Shown piece by piece: positions 10,653 to 20,500 of a stretch of 29,931 bases of DNA. Below the pieces are notes generated by a model. It did not search any database. It worked only from the letters and a program-made list of their open reading frames with translations, and was not told the DNA's origin. Source of the DNA: Methanobacterium sp. Its GTDB lineage: Archaea; Methanobacteriota; Methanobacteria; Methanobacteriales; Methanobacteriaceae. Numbering within the stretch: the first letter of the stretch is position 1; each line of letters begins with the position of its first letter. The stretch lies in contig PMWA01000072.1 of the NCBI GenBank assembly GCA_003166335.1, forward strand, positions 1-29,931. The letters run 5' to 3'. Made by a program: the position numbers and the translations under genes.

Positions 10653-10834
10653 GGGAAAGTAGATAAATCAATTTATTATTCTTAAGTAAGTATAATATAA
10701 TGAAAATATATGTGAACTGAACTTCATTTTTTTTCAGTTAAAGACTTACACATCCTATTTATAAAACTTAAGATACTCTATATTAAGGCGCTGTATTCTA
10801 GTTATTTGCAATCATATTGGATGAGGTTTAAACT

Positions 10835-11206
10835 TTGAGACGGGGACGAAGACAAAAATGGATAATAAAGATAGCAGAAGAAAGAATAGACATTCTTTTC
10901 CAGCAGGCTGAAAAGGAATTATCCTATAATCCAGAAAGGTCTCATCGTTATGTGCAGATGGCACAGAACATAGCCCAGAAATATAATTTAAAAATTAATG
11001 GAACTTTGAGGGGTAGATTCTGCAAGAATTGCCAGCATTTCATCCGACCAGGATTAAACTCCCAAATAAGACTATTCAACTCTTCAATCAATGTTAAATG
11101 TTTAGATTGTGGAGAAATAAGGCGAATACCATATATAAATGAGAAGAAAGAAAGAAGGAGGAGAAAAATTGAATCTTACACCTTCAAAGAAGGAATTGAT
11201 GAATAG
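10835..11206 (+). CDS. rnp4: RNase P protein component 4 (Rpp21)
   Basis: IAEERIDILF, RYVQMA, FCKNC...CLDCG Zn ribbon; GAGGT RBS before TTG. Confidence 0.95.
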   Translation: MRRGRRQKWIIKIAEERIDILFQQAEKELSYNPERSHRYVQMAQNIAQKYNLKINGTLRGRFCKNCQHFIRPGLNSQIRLFNSSINVKCLDCGEIRRIPYINEKKERRRRKIESYTFKEGIDE

Positions 11207-11438
11207 ATCACTTTCAACTATCACCATTAACATTGGAAAGTCGGGGATAAATGGAAATGTTATTGATGAAATAAAGAGGCAACTTAAAGATCGTGAAGTT
11301 GTTAAAATCAGATTTTCAAAAGGCATATCCACATATAAACAAAACTATATTAGCGATATCATTGAAAAATCAAATTCTAAACTAGTTGATTTTAGAGGTA
11401 ACGTTGCAATATTATTCAAAAAAAAGAGAGGAGTTTAG
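11169..11438 (+). CDS. YhbY/CRM-domain RNA-binding protein
   Basis: [27 protein letters not shown]...[11 protein letters not shown] 11169 follows GGAGG (track start 11139). Confidence 0.9.
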   Translation: MNLTPSKKELMNRSLSTITINIGKSGINGNVIDEIKRQLKDREVVKIRFSKGISTYKQNYISDIIEKSNSKLVDFRGNVAILFKKKRGV

Positions 11439-11448
11439 GAGGCTAAAT

Positions 11449-11886
11449 ATGACCACAATTTATGATGTACCTGCAGATTCACTTATAAGTGAAGCTGCAA
11501 AGGAATTAAAAGAAACTGAAAAGATAAAACAACCTGATTGGGCTCAATTTGTTAAAACAGGTGTTCATAAGGAAAGACGACCTGAAAATCCAGACTGGTG
11601 GTATGTGCGATGCGCATCTCTCCTTAGAAGAGTTTATATAGACGGTCCCGTAGGAATAAACAGTTTAAAAACTTACTACGGTGGTAAAAAAGATAGAGGT
11701 ACAAGTCCTGAAAAATTCAGACAAGGAAGTGGTGCCGTAATTAGAGGTGCTCTACACCAGCTAGAAACTGCAGGTTACATTACTAAAGTGGGTGAAGGAA
11801 GACAAGTCACCCCTAAAGGAAAATCCTTCTTGGATAAAACATCCAACAAAATTATAAAAGAAATTCCAGAACTAGCTAAATATTAA
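11449..11886 (+). CDS. rps19e: 30S ribosomal protein S19e
   Basis: [44 protein letters not shown] before ATG 11449. Confidence 0.98.
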   Translation: MTTIYDVPADSLISEAAKELKETEKIKQPDWAQFVKTGVHKERRPENPDWWYVRCASLLRRVYIDGPVGINSLKTYYGGKKDRGTSPEKFRQGSGAVIRGALHQLETAGYITKVGEGRQVTPKGKSFLDKTSNKIIKEIPELAKY

Positions 11887-11917
11887 ATCTAAAAATAGTT
11901 TGATGGAGAGTCAGATA

Positions 11918-12253
11918 ATGAGCGATATCGAAGAAATACGCCGTAAGAGGTTGCAACAATTACAACAACAAGCTTTACAACAGCAATCTGCTGAAGCTGA
12001 ATCCCAGGAGAAGATGCGTGAATTTGAAGCTCAAAAGAAACAGATTATGCTGCAGATACTGACACCTGAGGCAAGAAGCAGACTCGCCAACCTTAGACTT
12101 ACCAAAAAAGAATTCGTGGATCAAATAGAACTTCAACTCATCCAACTAGCTCAATCAGGAAGAATAAAAGCGAAAATAAATGATGAGCAACTTAAAGAAC
12201 TCTTAAAAAAAGTTACTGGATCCAAAAGAGACATAAATATTATCAGAAAATAA
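11918..12253 (+). CDS. PDCD5/TFAR19-like DNA-binding protein
   Basis: IEEIRRKRLQQLQ, QILTPEARSRLANLRL, ELQLIQLAQSG; canonical position after rps19e. Confidence 0.94.
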   Translation: MSDIEEIRRKRLQQLQQQALQQQSAEAESQEKMREFEAQKKQIMLQILTPEARSRLANLRLTKKEFVDQIELQLIQLAQSGRIKAKINDEQLKELLKKVTGSKRDINIIRK

Positions 12254-12271
12254 TTTAATTCACCCCAAAAA

Positions 12272-12865
12272 ATGAATGCCTGTGTACTCTACAGTGGTGG
12301 AAAAGACAGCTCTATAATGGCGGTGATTCTACAAAAATTAGAATATAAAGTAGAATTAGTCACAGTTAACTTTGGAATTTTACCTTCTTGGAAGGCGGCT
12401 GCACAATCAGCAAAAAATTTAGGATTCACACACAAAATTTTAGAAGCCGATGAAAATATCCTACAGGAAGGTGTGGATATGATTTTAGGAGATGGGTTCC
12501 CTAACAATGGGTTGAATTATATTCACCAACAAATGTTACAAATAGCAGCAGAAAATTATTCCATAATCGCTGACGGCACCAGAAGAGATGATCGGATTCC
12601 TAAACTAAATCAAGATACGATAAGAAGCTTTGAAGATTCTAAAAATATCGAGTACATAAATTTAGCGGGATTTGGTCATAAAACTATAAATAAACTTTCA
12701 AAAAAACTTTTCAATGTTAAAAAAGAGTTAACTAATATAAATAATAATTCTGACTATGAAATAGAAATCAGATACTTAATAGATCAGCTGAGGGGAGATG
12801 AAACTGCCTCTCGGATATTTCCAGAACATGTGCAATCAAGAGTAATAGGATGGAGAGAAAAATGA
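12272..12865 (+). CDS. Conserved archaeal PP-loop protein of the S19e-L39e cluster
   Basis: N-terminal [11 protein letters not shown]-loop, [12 protein letters not shown] motifs. Confidence 0.88.
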   Translation: MNACVLYSGGKDSSIMAVILQKLEYKVELVTVNFGILPSWKAAAQSAKNLGFTHKILEADENILQEGVDMILGDGFPNNGLNYIHQQMLQIAAENYSIIADGTRRDDRIPKLNQDTIRSFEDSKNIEYINLAGFGHKTINKLSKKLFNVKKELTNINNNSDYEIEIRYLIDQLRGDETASRIFPEHVQSRVIGWREK

Positions 12866-13017
12866 GTAGAAATAAACCATTAGCCAAAAAATTAAGACTA
12901 ACTAAGGTCTTCAAACAGAACAGAAGAGTACCTACTTGGGTTATGATTAAAACATCAAGAAAAGTGAGAACTCACCCGAAAATGAGGCAATGGAGAAGAA
13001 GTAAAATTAAGGTATGA
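12862..13017 (+). CDS. rpl39e: 50S ribosomal protein L39e (51 aa)
   Basis: Not in the track. Manual translation [55 protein letters not shown] overlap with the upstream gene. Confidence 0.97.
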   Translation: MSRNKPLAKKLRLTKVFKQNRRVPTWVMIKTSRKVRTHPKMRQWRRSKIKV

Positions 13018-13040
13018 AAAGGGGATGGAGGATTATTATT

Positions 13041-13286
13041 ATGGAAAGAGTTTACGTTATACCACTTCGGGATGTTAAAAAGGTGCCCAGGACCATTAGG
13101 TCCCCTAGAGCTGTGCGATATGTTAAGGAGTTTCTCCGAAAACATATGAAGTCTGATGACATTAAATTAGATGCATCTGTAAATGAAATGATATGGGAAA
13201 GGGGAATTCAGAAGATACCATCAAAAATTAAGGTTAAAGCAGTAACAGAAGAGGATGGCTCTGTATCAGTCACACTGGCTGAATAA
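13041..13286 (+). CDS. rpl31e: 50S ribosomal protein L31e
   Basis: [47 protein letters not shown] before ATG 13041. Confidence 0.97.
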   Translation: MERVYVIPLRDVKKVPRTIRSPRAVRYVKEFLRKHMKSDDIKLDASVNEMIWERGIQKIPSKIKVKAVTEEDGSVSVTLAE

Positions 13287-13295
13287 GGAGAGTAA

Positions 13296-13970
13296 ATGAT
13301 AAAAAGAGTTAATTTGGGTGGTAATCCCAACATAGGTGTTTCTATAGCAGTCACTGAAAAAGCAGCCATAATACCACCCCACCTTGAAGAATCTATGATG
13401 GATTTAATAAAAGAATCCTTGGAAGTAGAGTTAGTTAAGACACCTATAAATGGTAGTAACCTCGCTGGTGCCTTGGCATGTGGAAATTCTAAGGGCTTTG
13501 TTGTATCTAAATATGCATTCGACAGGGAGATAGAAGCCATCCGAAAGATTGGAGTGAATGTAGAGAGAATACCAGATAGATTAACTGCATTGGGTAATAT
13601 TGTATTAGCCAATGATTTTGGTGCTATAGTAAATCCTTTACTTTCCGATAAATCTGTGGAAGTTATAGCTGAAGTTTTAGATGTGGAAGTTAAAAGAGGA
13701 AGCATAGCTAATTTTAATATAACAGGATCAGTGGCTACTGCCACTAATAAAGGAGTGCTAATGCACCCATCTGCTAGCCAGGAAGATATTAAATTTGTAG
13801 AAGAGACGCTTAAAGCCCCGGTTGATATTGGAACAGTTAATAATGGTACTCCCTTAGTAGGAGCATGCAGCGTAGCTAATTCCAAAGGAATTATAGTTAG
13901 TTTACCTACTACAGGTCCTGAACTGGCAAGAATTGAAGAAGCATTTGGGTTTCTTGAGGGATATTTATGA
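13296..13970 (+). CDS. eif6: Translation initiation factor aIF6
   Basis: NPNIGV, ALGNIVLANDFGAIV, TNKGVLMHP, GTVNNG, TTGPEL motifs. Confidence 0.97.
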   Translation: MIKRVNLGGNPNIGVSIAVTEKAAIIPPHLEESMMDLIKESLEVELVKTPINGSNLAGALACGNSKGFVVSKYAFDREIEAIRKIGVNVERIPDRLTALGNIVLANDFGAIVNPLLSDKSVEVIAEVLDVEVKRGSIANFNITGSVATATNKGVLMHPSASQEDIKFVEETLKAPVDIGTVNNGTPLVGACSVANSKGIIVSLPTTGPELARIEEAFGFLEGYL

Positions 13971-14197
13971 AGACAAAAATATTTAGAATTCAAGGTAAAT
14001 TTATGATGGGTGACACTTTAAAACCCTTCACAAAAGAATTAAAAGGTATAGATGAACAGGATATAAAAGAAAAAATATATTCTGAATTTGGTAGTAAACA
14101 TCATATCATAAGAAACAAGATCAAAATAGAGGAGATAGTGGAGATTTCAGAGGACGAAATCCAGGATCCATTAATCAAATCTCTCCTCAGGGAGTGA
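13967..14197 (+). CDS. rpl18a: 50S ribosomal protein L18Ae/LX
   Basis: KIFRIQG..FTKE..EKIYSEFGSKH..RNKIKI; conserved position between eif6 and pfdA. Confidence 0.95.
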   Translation: MKTKIFRIQGKFMMGDTLKPFTKELKGIDEQDIKEKIYSEFGSKHHIIRNKIKIEEIVEISEDEIQDPLIKSLLRE

Positions 14198-14203
14198 TTC
14201 TAC

Positions 14204-14629
14204 ATGGAAGATAGAAAAAGACTGGAAGCAATGGTAAATGAACTCAACATGTATCAAGGTCAAGCAGACGTGCTTAATCAACAAGTGGAAACTGTAAAAG
14301 CTACTATATCTGATCTTAACATCGCTAGTGAAACATTAGAAAGTATTAAAGATAAAAAAGATACTGAAACACTAGTTCCTATAGGTGCAGGATCTTTCAT
14401 AATTACAGAGATTAAAAATACTGATGAAGTAATTGTAGGTCTTGGAGCCGGAGTAGCTGTCAAAAAGAAAATAGATAGTGCACAGGAAAGTGTTAAAGAT
14501 CAGAAGAAAGACTTAGAAGCTTTGCTTAATAAAATGATGGTTGATCTAAACAAAATAACTGATATAATTGTGAGAAAAACTCCGGAAGCTGAAGCACTTA
14601 TCCAAAAACTTGAAGGAACTAAGCAATAA
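14204..14629 (+). CDS. pfdA: Prefoldin subunit alpha
   Basis: Coiled coils flanking ETLVPIGAGSF and VIVGLGAGVAV. Confidence 0.96.
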   Translation: MEDRKRLEAMVNELNMYQGQADVLNQQVETVKATISDLNIASETLESIKDKKDTETLVPIGAGSFIITEIKNTDEVIVGLGAGVAVKKKIDSAQESVKDQKKDLEALLNKMMVDLNKITDIIVRKTPEAEALIQKLEGTKQ

Positions 14630-14696
14630 ATTTTTTTTTCCAAACTAATTTTAAAAAAATTTAATATATATTTATGATAAATGGAGTGTAGTTTCT

Positions 14697-15848
14697 TTGT
14701 TCGAATCGCTTAAAAAAAGGTTATCAGGCGCTATTGGTAAAATTAGCGATAAAGTATCCAAAGAAGAGGAAGAAGCTCAAAAAAAAGATGAAACTCTTAC
14801 AGGAAAAGTTACAAAGGAAGTTGGCACTGAAACGGATTTCTATGGTGTTCTCCAAAAAGAACCAGTCACTAAAGGCACTGTAAAAGAAAAGGAAACAATT
14901 AAGGCGAGTACGGAAACAATAGAAGAAAAAACAGATGAAATTGAATCATTACAATCTGATGAAGAAGACAAATCAGGTTTACTCTCCTTTATACGTCATA
15001 AAACTATATCAGAAAAAGATGTAGATGACATACTCTTTGAATTAGAGATGGCCCTACTTGAAGGAGATGTGGCTTTAGAAGTTGCAGAACAGATTGTAAA
15101 CACCGTTAAAGAGGATCTTGTAGGGCGAAAGATCAAACGGAGAAATGATGTAGCAGAATTCACCAAAGATGCGCTTAAAAATGCCATATCAGAAATATTA
15201 AATGTTGACAGCCAAGATATCGATGATTTAATCGTTGAAAAACGAAAACAGGGAGAACCTCTCAAAATCATGTTTGTAGGTATAAATGGCACGGGTAAAA
15301 CCACTACTATCGCTAAATTAGCTACTTTCTTCATAGAAAAGAATTACACTCCTGTAATCGCAGCATCAGACACTTTCCGTGCAGGTGCTATTGAACAAAT
15401 AACTCACCACGCCGATAAGATTGGAGTTAAAATTATTAAACATAAAAAGGGCGCAGATCCAGCGGCTGTGGCTTATGATGCAGTTGATCATGCCAAAGCT
15501 CAGGGTAAAGATATAGTATTAGTGGATACTGCAGGTAGAATGCAGACTAACGTAAATCTCATGGATGAGATGAAAAAAATAAAAAGAGTTATTAAACCTG
15601 ATTTAATAATATTTGTAGGTGATGCTCTTACGGGTAACGATGCTGTGGAACAAGCTCGTAAATTCGATGAAGCAGTTGGTATAGATGGAGTAATACTCAC
15701 TAAAGCAGATGCTGATGCTAAAGGCGGGGCTGCACTGTCTATTGGATATGTTATAAATAAACCCATACAATTTTTAGGAACAGGACAATCCTATTCTGAT
15801 ATAATAGAATTCCATCCAAATTGGATGGTAGAACAAGTGTTTGGTTAA
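14697..15848 (+). CDS. ftsY: SRP receptor FtsY
   Basis: Acidic N-terminus, GINGTGKTTT, DTFRAGA, DTAGR, TKADADAKGG, GTGQ motifs. Confidence 0.98.
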   Translation: MFESLKKRLSGAIGKISDKVSKEEEEAQKKDETLTGKVTKEVGTETDFYGVLQKEPVTKGTVKEKETIKASTETIEEKTDEIESLQSDEEDKSGLLSFIRHKTISEKDVDDILFELEMALLEGDVALEVAEQIVNTVKEDLVGRKIKRRNDVAEFTKDALKNAISEILNVDSQDIDDLIVEKRKQGEPLKIMFVGINGTGKTTTIAKLATFFIEKNYTPVIAASDTFRAGAIEQITHHADKIGVKIIKHKKGADPAAVAYDAVDHAKAQGKDIVLVDTAGRMQTNVNLMDEMKKIKRVIKPDLIIFVGDALTGNDAVEQARKFDEAVGIDGVILTKADADAKGGAALSIGYVINKPIQFLGTGQSYSDIIEFHPNWMVEQVFG

Positions 15849-15895
15849 AATAGATCTATAATTTATCTTGAACTAGATTTTTTTTTATATTATTT

Positions 15896-16618
15896 TTATA
15901 TTCTTATTTTGTTACTACGAGTTTTTACACTAACTGTTTTTTTAATACCACCATAAACTGCTCCTTGATAATATTTCCAAACCACATCCAATTCCTTGAA
16001 TCCAATTTGGCTTAGCCAATCCAATTGATCCATCAAAGATGCTGGAAAATCTTCTTCATAGTGCGTGGGGAGCCATTTTTGTTCAACTTCATCCATTGGA
16101 AGATTCTTCAGCATGTAATTCTTCCACTTCTCCACATTAACCTTTCTAAGATAAGTATTTGACCCAAGAACAGTGTCAGCATTATAGAAAACCCCACCAT
16201 CCCGTAATGCGTCATATATTTTACTGTATAACCGTTTTTTCTCTTCATCAGTCTTTAAATGATGAAGTGCTAAGGAGGAGACTATAACATGATAATCATT
16301 ATCAAAATCTAATTTAGAAAAATTACCTATCTTATATTCAATGTCACTGTAGTTGGAGAGTTTTGTACGTGCCATATATATCATGTTTTCTGCTAGATCA
16401 ACGCAGGTTATCTTAGATTGCGGAAATTTTTCTTTAACCGCCTTTGAAACATTACCCGTCCCACAACCAAGATCCAGGATTTTAATCGTTTCTTGGGTAT
16501 TAAAAGGAATAGTCAGTGTTAGAGATGTGATCATTTCTTCATAATAAGGGATTAACTTTAATATTAAACTATCAAATTCTTTAGCTTCTTCTTCAAAATG
16601 ATTCTTCACTTTCTCCAT
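15896..16618 (-). CDS. Class I SAM-dependent methyltransferase (CmoA-like)
   Basis: LIPYYEEM, ILDLGCGTG, SSLALHHL, GGVFYNAD motifs. Confidence 0.9.
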   Translation of the reverse strand: MEKVKNHFEEEAKEFDSLILKLIPYYEEMITSLTLTIPFNTQETIKILDLGCGTGNVSKAVKEKFPQSKITCVDLAENMIYMARTKLSNYSDIEYKIGNFSKLDFDNDYHVIVSSLALHHLKTDEEKKRLYSKIYDALRDGGVFYNADTVLGSNTYLRKVNVEKWKNYMLKNLPMDEVEQKWLPTHYEEDFPASLMDQLDWLSQIGFKELDVVWKYYQGAVYGGIKKTVSVKTRSNKIRI

Positions 16619-16770
16619 AGGTCATATCTCCTAAATTTACTGATAAATAAATCTTAAATTATATTTTTTATACTTCAAATTTGATTAAATTAATATCAAA
16701 AAAATATTTATTATTATATATAGGGTGCTAGATTTTTAATTATCTGTTGAGGGTCTCACTATATTTTTTT

Positions 16771-18465
16771 TTAAGAATTTTTTTGATAAATACTAGTTGT
16801 ACTTATATTCTTAATGATATGATAACCGGGGATATCCAATTTAGGTTCACTGAAGGAATCTATATAATAATCGGCATTATTACTGGTTAAATAATTGGAA
16901 AATGTTGTGGGACTAACATATGTACTGGGCACTCCAATTATTACTTCTTTTTTAAGAGCCCATGTAAATGCGGGATCATAATTTGAATAGATTATTTCAT
17001 TCTTATAGTTGGGATCATACTCCTCTAGCCAATCACTAGCCGATTGTACAGTATATCCGTAGCCATGTATAAATGAGTGACCTGTATGTACCGCTGTAGC
17101 GGATGTGATAAATATTAATCCAACAATAACATATAAACCCCAAGATTTCAACTTATCATGCTTAAATTTGACTTTATATTTTTCAATAATAACGCTAAAG
17201 GCTAATAAAGTGAAATATGTTAAAGCAGGAATCATAGTAATAAAATAACGATCAACTTTAAGTATAATAACACTATGGAAAATGAAAAAGGCCGCAAACC
17301 ATGATAAGAATAAGAAATCAATTTTCAAATTCTTAACGTTAATATCATTCAATAATATATATCCAGTAAATAAAGCAAGTAAAATTACGAATTCAGTTAT
17401 AATATAAGATTCCAAGAAAAAACTGAAAACTCCAACAGCTGAGAGAATAATTAAGATTATCAAACAATTATAAGTTTTAACCTTATTACTACTGAAAGTA
17501 CCCTGTATTTTTCCTTTCAATAAAATCCGATATATGTATATTCCCAAACCTACTACGAGTATTGCAATTGTAATATAAGATAAAATTGTCGGAAATCCTA
17601 TGGAAGGGGTTAATAATTGATTGTAAAGGCCTGTAAGCGGACCTACAGAGATATAATTTAATATATGCGTTAAATAATATAATCTATCCGGATTATAACC
17701 AACATCTTGTACAGGTGCTGAGGAATTAGATGACGTTGAAATGAATATATTAATTAAAGCATTTAAATTTCCTAAATTTAAATAAAAATAGGTTAAAAAT
17801 GGAGTTACTATCATTGCACTTGGTAATAAACTGATTACTAGTTTTTTAATGTTATTATAGAAATTATTATTTATTAATAAATATAATGATATGGGGAAAA
17901 TTAGCATGATAGAAGTGTATCTTGTAAGGAAAGCTACACTTAACATGGGTAAAACAAGATATAAATATTTATTATCCTCCCGTACACCTCTAACCAGTAA
18001 GTATACTACCCATATTGAAAATGAGACTCCTGGAACATCTATTCCACCAGAAACTGCCCAGGAATATATTAAAGGAAAGGAAAGGAAAATTATACAACCG
18101 ATAGAACTTTGAATTTCATTAAAACGTTCACGTAATAATAAGTAAAATCCGATTACTCCGAATATGAATATTACACCATCAATCATAAATATGATATTTG
18201 ATGAAATGAACCCGACCCTGAAGAATAGGGAGGTTAAAAAAGGCATTAAGGGAGGTAAATAGATTACACTCATATTTCCAACGGGTATTCCTGCGAAGAT
18301 GAGAGCATTATTTAAGTATACAAAAACATCATAATAGGGAACCCCTACATAAACCTGATCAATCAATAAATACGATGTTATTATTATTGTGATCACTGTT
18401 AACTTGAACAATGTATTCTTATAAAGTTCCCTAAAATTAAAATTAAATTCATTAAAATTCTTCAA
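16771..18465 (-). CDS. Polytopic GT-C fold glycosyltransferase (GT39/ArnT/PMT_2-like)
   Basis: Many TM helices; YDVFVY, YLPPLMP, FLTRYT, KVDRYF motifs; GGTGA RBS. Confidence 0.85.
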   Translation of the reverse strand: MKNFNEFNFNFRELYKNTLFKLTVITIIITSYLLIDQVYVGVPYYDVFVYLNNALIFAGIPVGNMSVIYLPPLMPFLTSLFFRVGFISSNIIFMIDGVIFIFGVIGFYLLLRERFNEIQSSIGCIIFLSFPLIYSWAVSGGIDVPGVSFSIWVVYLLVRGVREDNKYLYLVLPMLSVAFLTRYTSIMLIFPISLYLLINNNFYNNIKKLVISLLPSAMIVTPFLTYFYLNLGNLNALINIFISTSSNSSAPVQDVGYNPDRLYYLTHILNYISVGPLTGLYNQLLTPSIGFPTILSYITIAILVVGLGIYIYRILLKGKIQGTFSSNKVKTYNCLIILIILSAVGVFSFFLESYIITEFVILLALFTGYILLNDINVKNLKIDFLFLSWFAAFFIFHSVIILKVDRYFITMIPALTYFTLLAFSVIIEKYKVKFKHDKLKSWGLYVIVGLIFITSATAVHTGHSFIHGYGYTVQSASDWLEEYDPNYKNEIIYSNYDPAFTWALKKEVIIGVPSTYVSPTTFSNYLTSNNADYYIDSFSEPKLDIPGYHIIKNISTTSIYQKNS

Positions 18466-18596
18466 TTAAGTCACCAAATAGATAATTAAAATAGAAAGGA
18501 ATCATATAAAATTTAGAACCCCTATTATATATAAAATTGATCTAGCTCTAATTTTAATACAAATTATCTAAAAAATTTAAGGAGCTAAATAATAGG

Positions 18597-19115
18597 ATGA
18601 AAATAGCTGCAGGCGAAACAATAGTATGCAATAAAATAGATGGAGTAATAGGTGCTGTAATTAAATATAATAATAAAAACTGCGCCATAACAGCTTATCA
18701 TATATTAGAAGCCGGAAAATGTAATTTAAGCGATATAGTCCATCTTAACAGTTATAAAGGCAGAATCATTGAAATATTCTGGAATTATGATCTAGCAATT
18801 ATTGAAATAATTGCACCAGAATCAGAAATAAAATTTTCAGAGATTGATCAACCTAAAATAGGCCCTGCATATTCACTTAACCATACCAAACGCATAAATT
18901 GTAGAGTAATGACTGTTGGAAAAACCTTTCATTACCTTGCATTTCCATTCAACCCGCTTCCTCTGCCCGGTGATAGCGGATCGCCCATAATACAGAATGA
19001 AAAGGTAGTAGGAATTTTAGCATCTATTTTCTATAATAACGCCACCGCCATAGCATTATCCATTGAAAGGTTCATAGTCCATTCAAAAAAAATAAATAAT
19101 AATCAGGAGTTGTAA
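18597..19115 (+). CDS. Small trypsin-like serine protease
   Basis: Triad motifs TAYH, DLA and GDSGSP in the correct order. Confidence 0.82.
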   Translation: MKIAAGETIVCNKIDGVIGAVIKYNNKNCAITAYHILEAGKCNLSDIVHLNSYKGRIIEIFWNYDLAIIEIIAPESEIKFSEIDQPKIGPAYSLNHTKRINCRVMTVGKTFHYLAFPFNPLPLPGDSGSPIIQNEKVVGILASIFYNNATAIALSIERFIVHSKKINNNQEL

Positions 19116-19141
19116 TAATATAGATTAGGTTGTAAAAATTT

Positions 19142-19846
19142 ATGAGCAATGAGTTAGAAATCAATTTAGATCATAATATTACAGACAAACCGGGACTTAG
19201 AAACAACGTCGGAGTTTTTCTTAATCGTGAACATGCAGGAATGATTCTATCAAAAATGCTCACAAATTATAAAAAAACTGATACCATAATATTTGGAATA
19301 CCAGCTGGAGGAGTGCCTGTAGCCGCTCCAATTTCCAGAGAATTAGAATTACTTTTCGATGTAGCAGTAGTAAGTAAAATCACGTTACCCTGGACTACTG
19401 AAGCCGGTTACGGTGCAGTTGCTTTTGATGGAACCGTACAACTAAACCAGGAGATTATATCTAGAATGGGACTCACCCTGGATGAAATTAAAAAAGGTGT
19501 TGAAAAGGCTGCAATCAAGGTTGAAAGACGTTTTAAAGAATTTAGGGGTGATAAACCTTTCCCAGATCTCGAGAATAGCCCTGCGATTTTAGTGGATGAC
19601 GGTATTGCATCTGGTTTCACAATGCTAGTGGCTGTGGAAGCACTTAAAAATAAAGGAGCAAATAAAATAATAATTGCAGTGCCCACTGCTCACCTTCAAG
19701 CCCTGGAGAAGGTGGCTCCCCATGTGGATGAGATTTATTGTGTTAATATTCGTGGAGGGTGGAATTTTGCAGTAGCAGATGCTTACCAAAGATGGTATGA
19801 TGTGGATGATGAAGAAGTAACCGAGATTTTAGAAGAATTTATTTAG
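19142..19846 (+). CDS. Type I phosphoribosyltransferase-like protein
   Basis: F.NREHAG, GIPAGGVPVA, PRPP loop ILVDDGIASGFT. Confidence 0.9.
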   Translation: MSNELEINLDHNITDKPGLRNNVGVFLNREHAGMILSKMLTNYKKTDTIIFGIPAGGVPVAAPISRELELLFDVAVVSKITLPWTTEAGYGAVAFDGTVQLNQEIISRMGLTLDEIKKGVEKAAIKVERRFKEFRGDKPFPDLENSPAILVDDGIASGFTMLVAVEALKNKGANKIIIAVPTAHLQALEKVAPHVDEIYCVNIRGGWNFAVADAYQRWYDVDDEEVTEILEEFI

Positions 19847-19972
19847 GATCCCTAAAAAAAGAAACTTAGACTATTTTTTTTTGAATCCATACTTTTTTTT
19901 AATTTAACCATTAGAAAATTAAACTATTTTATTATCTTTATTTAATAATAATTATCAAAGAAGGTTTTCCAA

Positions 19973-20431
19973 GTGTTAGGTGAAAAAGAATTAAGTAAAA
20001 TATTTCCAGATTTTAAAGAGTTGTTACAGCCTTCAGGAATAGATTTAAGGTTAGATGAGGTTTTCATTCAAAAAAGTGCAGGATCCTTAATAAACAATCA
20101 TAAAAATCTCCCACAATTAGAGAAACTTGAACCACCTATATATACTTTAAAACCAAAAACCGCATACTCAGTTACAGTAGAACCTAAAATTAAAATTCCT
20201 AAGGGATATGTTATGCTTTACCTCCCACGTTCAACCCTTAACAGATCATTTATTTCCATTCATACAGCAGTAGGTGATCCAGGATTCTATGGTACATTAC
20301 AATTTCTATTATATAATTATGGAGAGTTTGATTACAATATAAAACAAGGTGAAAGAATAGCTCAGGCTGTAACGTTCCCCGTTACTGGATCTGGTGAGTA
20401 CAATGGGAGTTACCAGGAAAAACAGGATTAA
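19973..20431 (+). CDS. Archaeal dUTPase / dCTP deaminase family protein
   Basis: QPSGIDLR, PRSTLNR, DPGFYG, GERIAQ, YNGSYQ motifs; the short length and YxGxYQ tail favour dUTPase. Confidence 0.9.
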   Translation: MLGEKELSKIFPDFKELLQPSGIDLRLDEVFIQKSAGSLINNHKNLPQLEKLEPPIYTLKPKTAYSVTVEPKIKIPKGYVMLYLPRSTLNRSFISIHTAVGDPGFYGTLQFLLYNYGEFDYNIKQGERIAQAVTFPVTGSGEYNGSYQEKQD

Positions 20432-20500
20432 ATATATTTTTTTTTTTAAATCTCCCATATTATCAAATTTATAATAAAAAAAAACTAAGGATTAAAATTT

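Noticed and set aside
11139..13040. Extended N-termini of track ORFs at 11139, 11386, 11900 and 13014
   Set aside because: Downstream starts have proper RBS spacing and match family N-termini.
16668..16680. Extra mini-ORB-like site TTATACTTCAAAT (and TAATAGTTGAAAT at 8911)
   Set aside because: Isolated, with two or more mismatches; expected by chance in AT-rich intergenic DNA.
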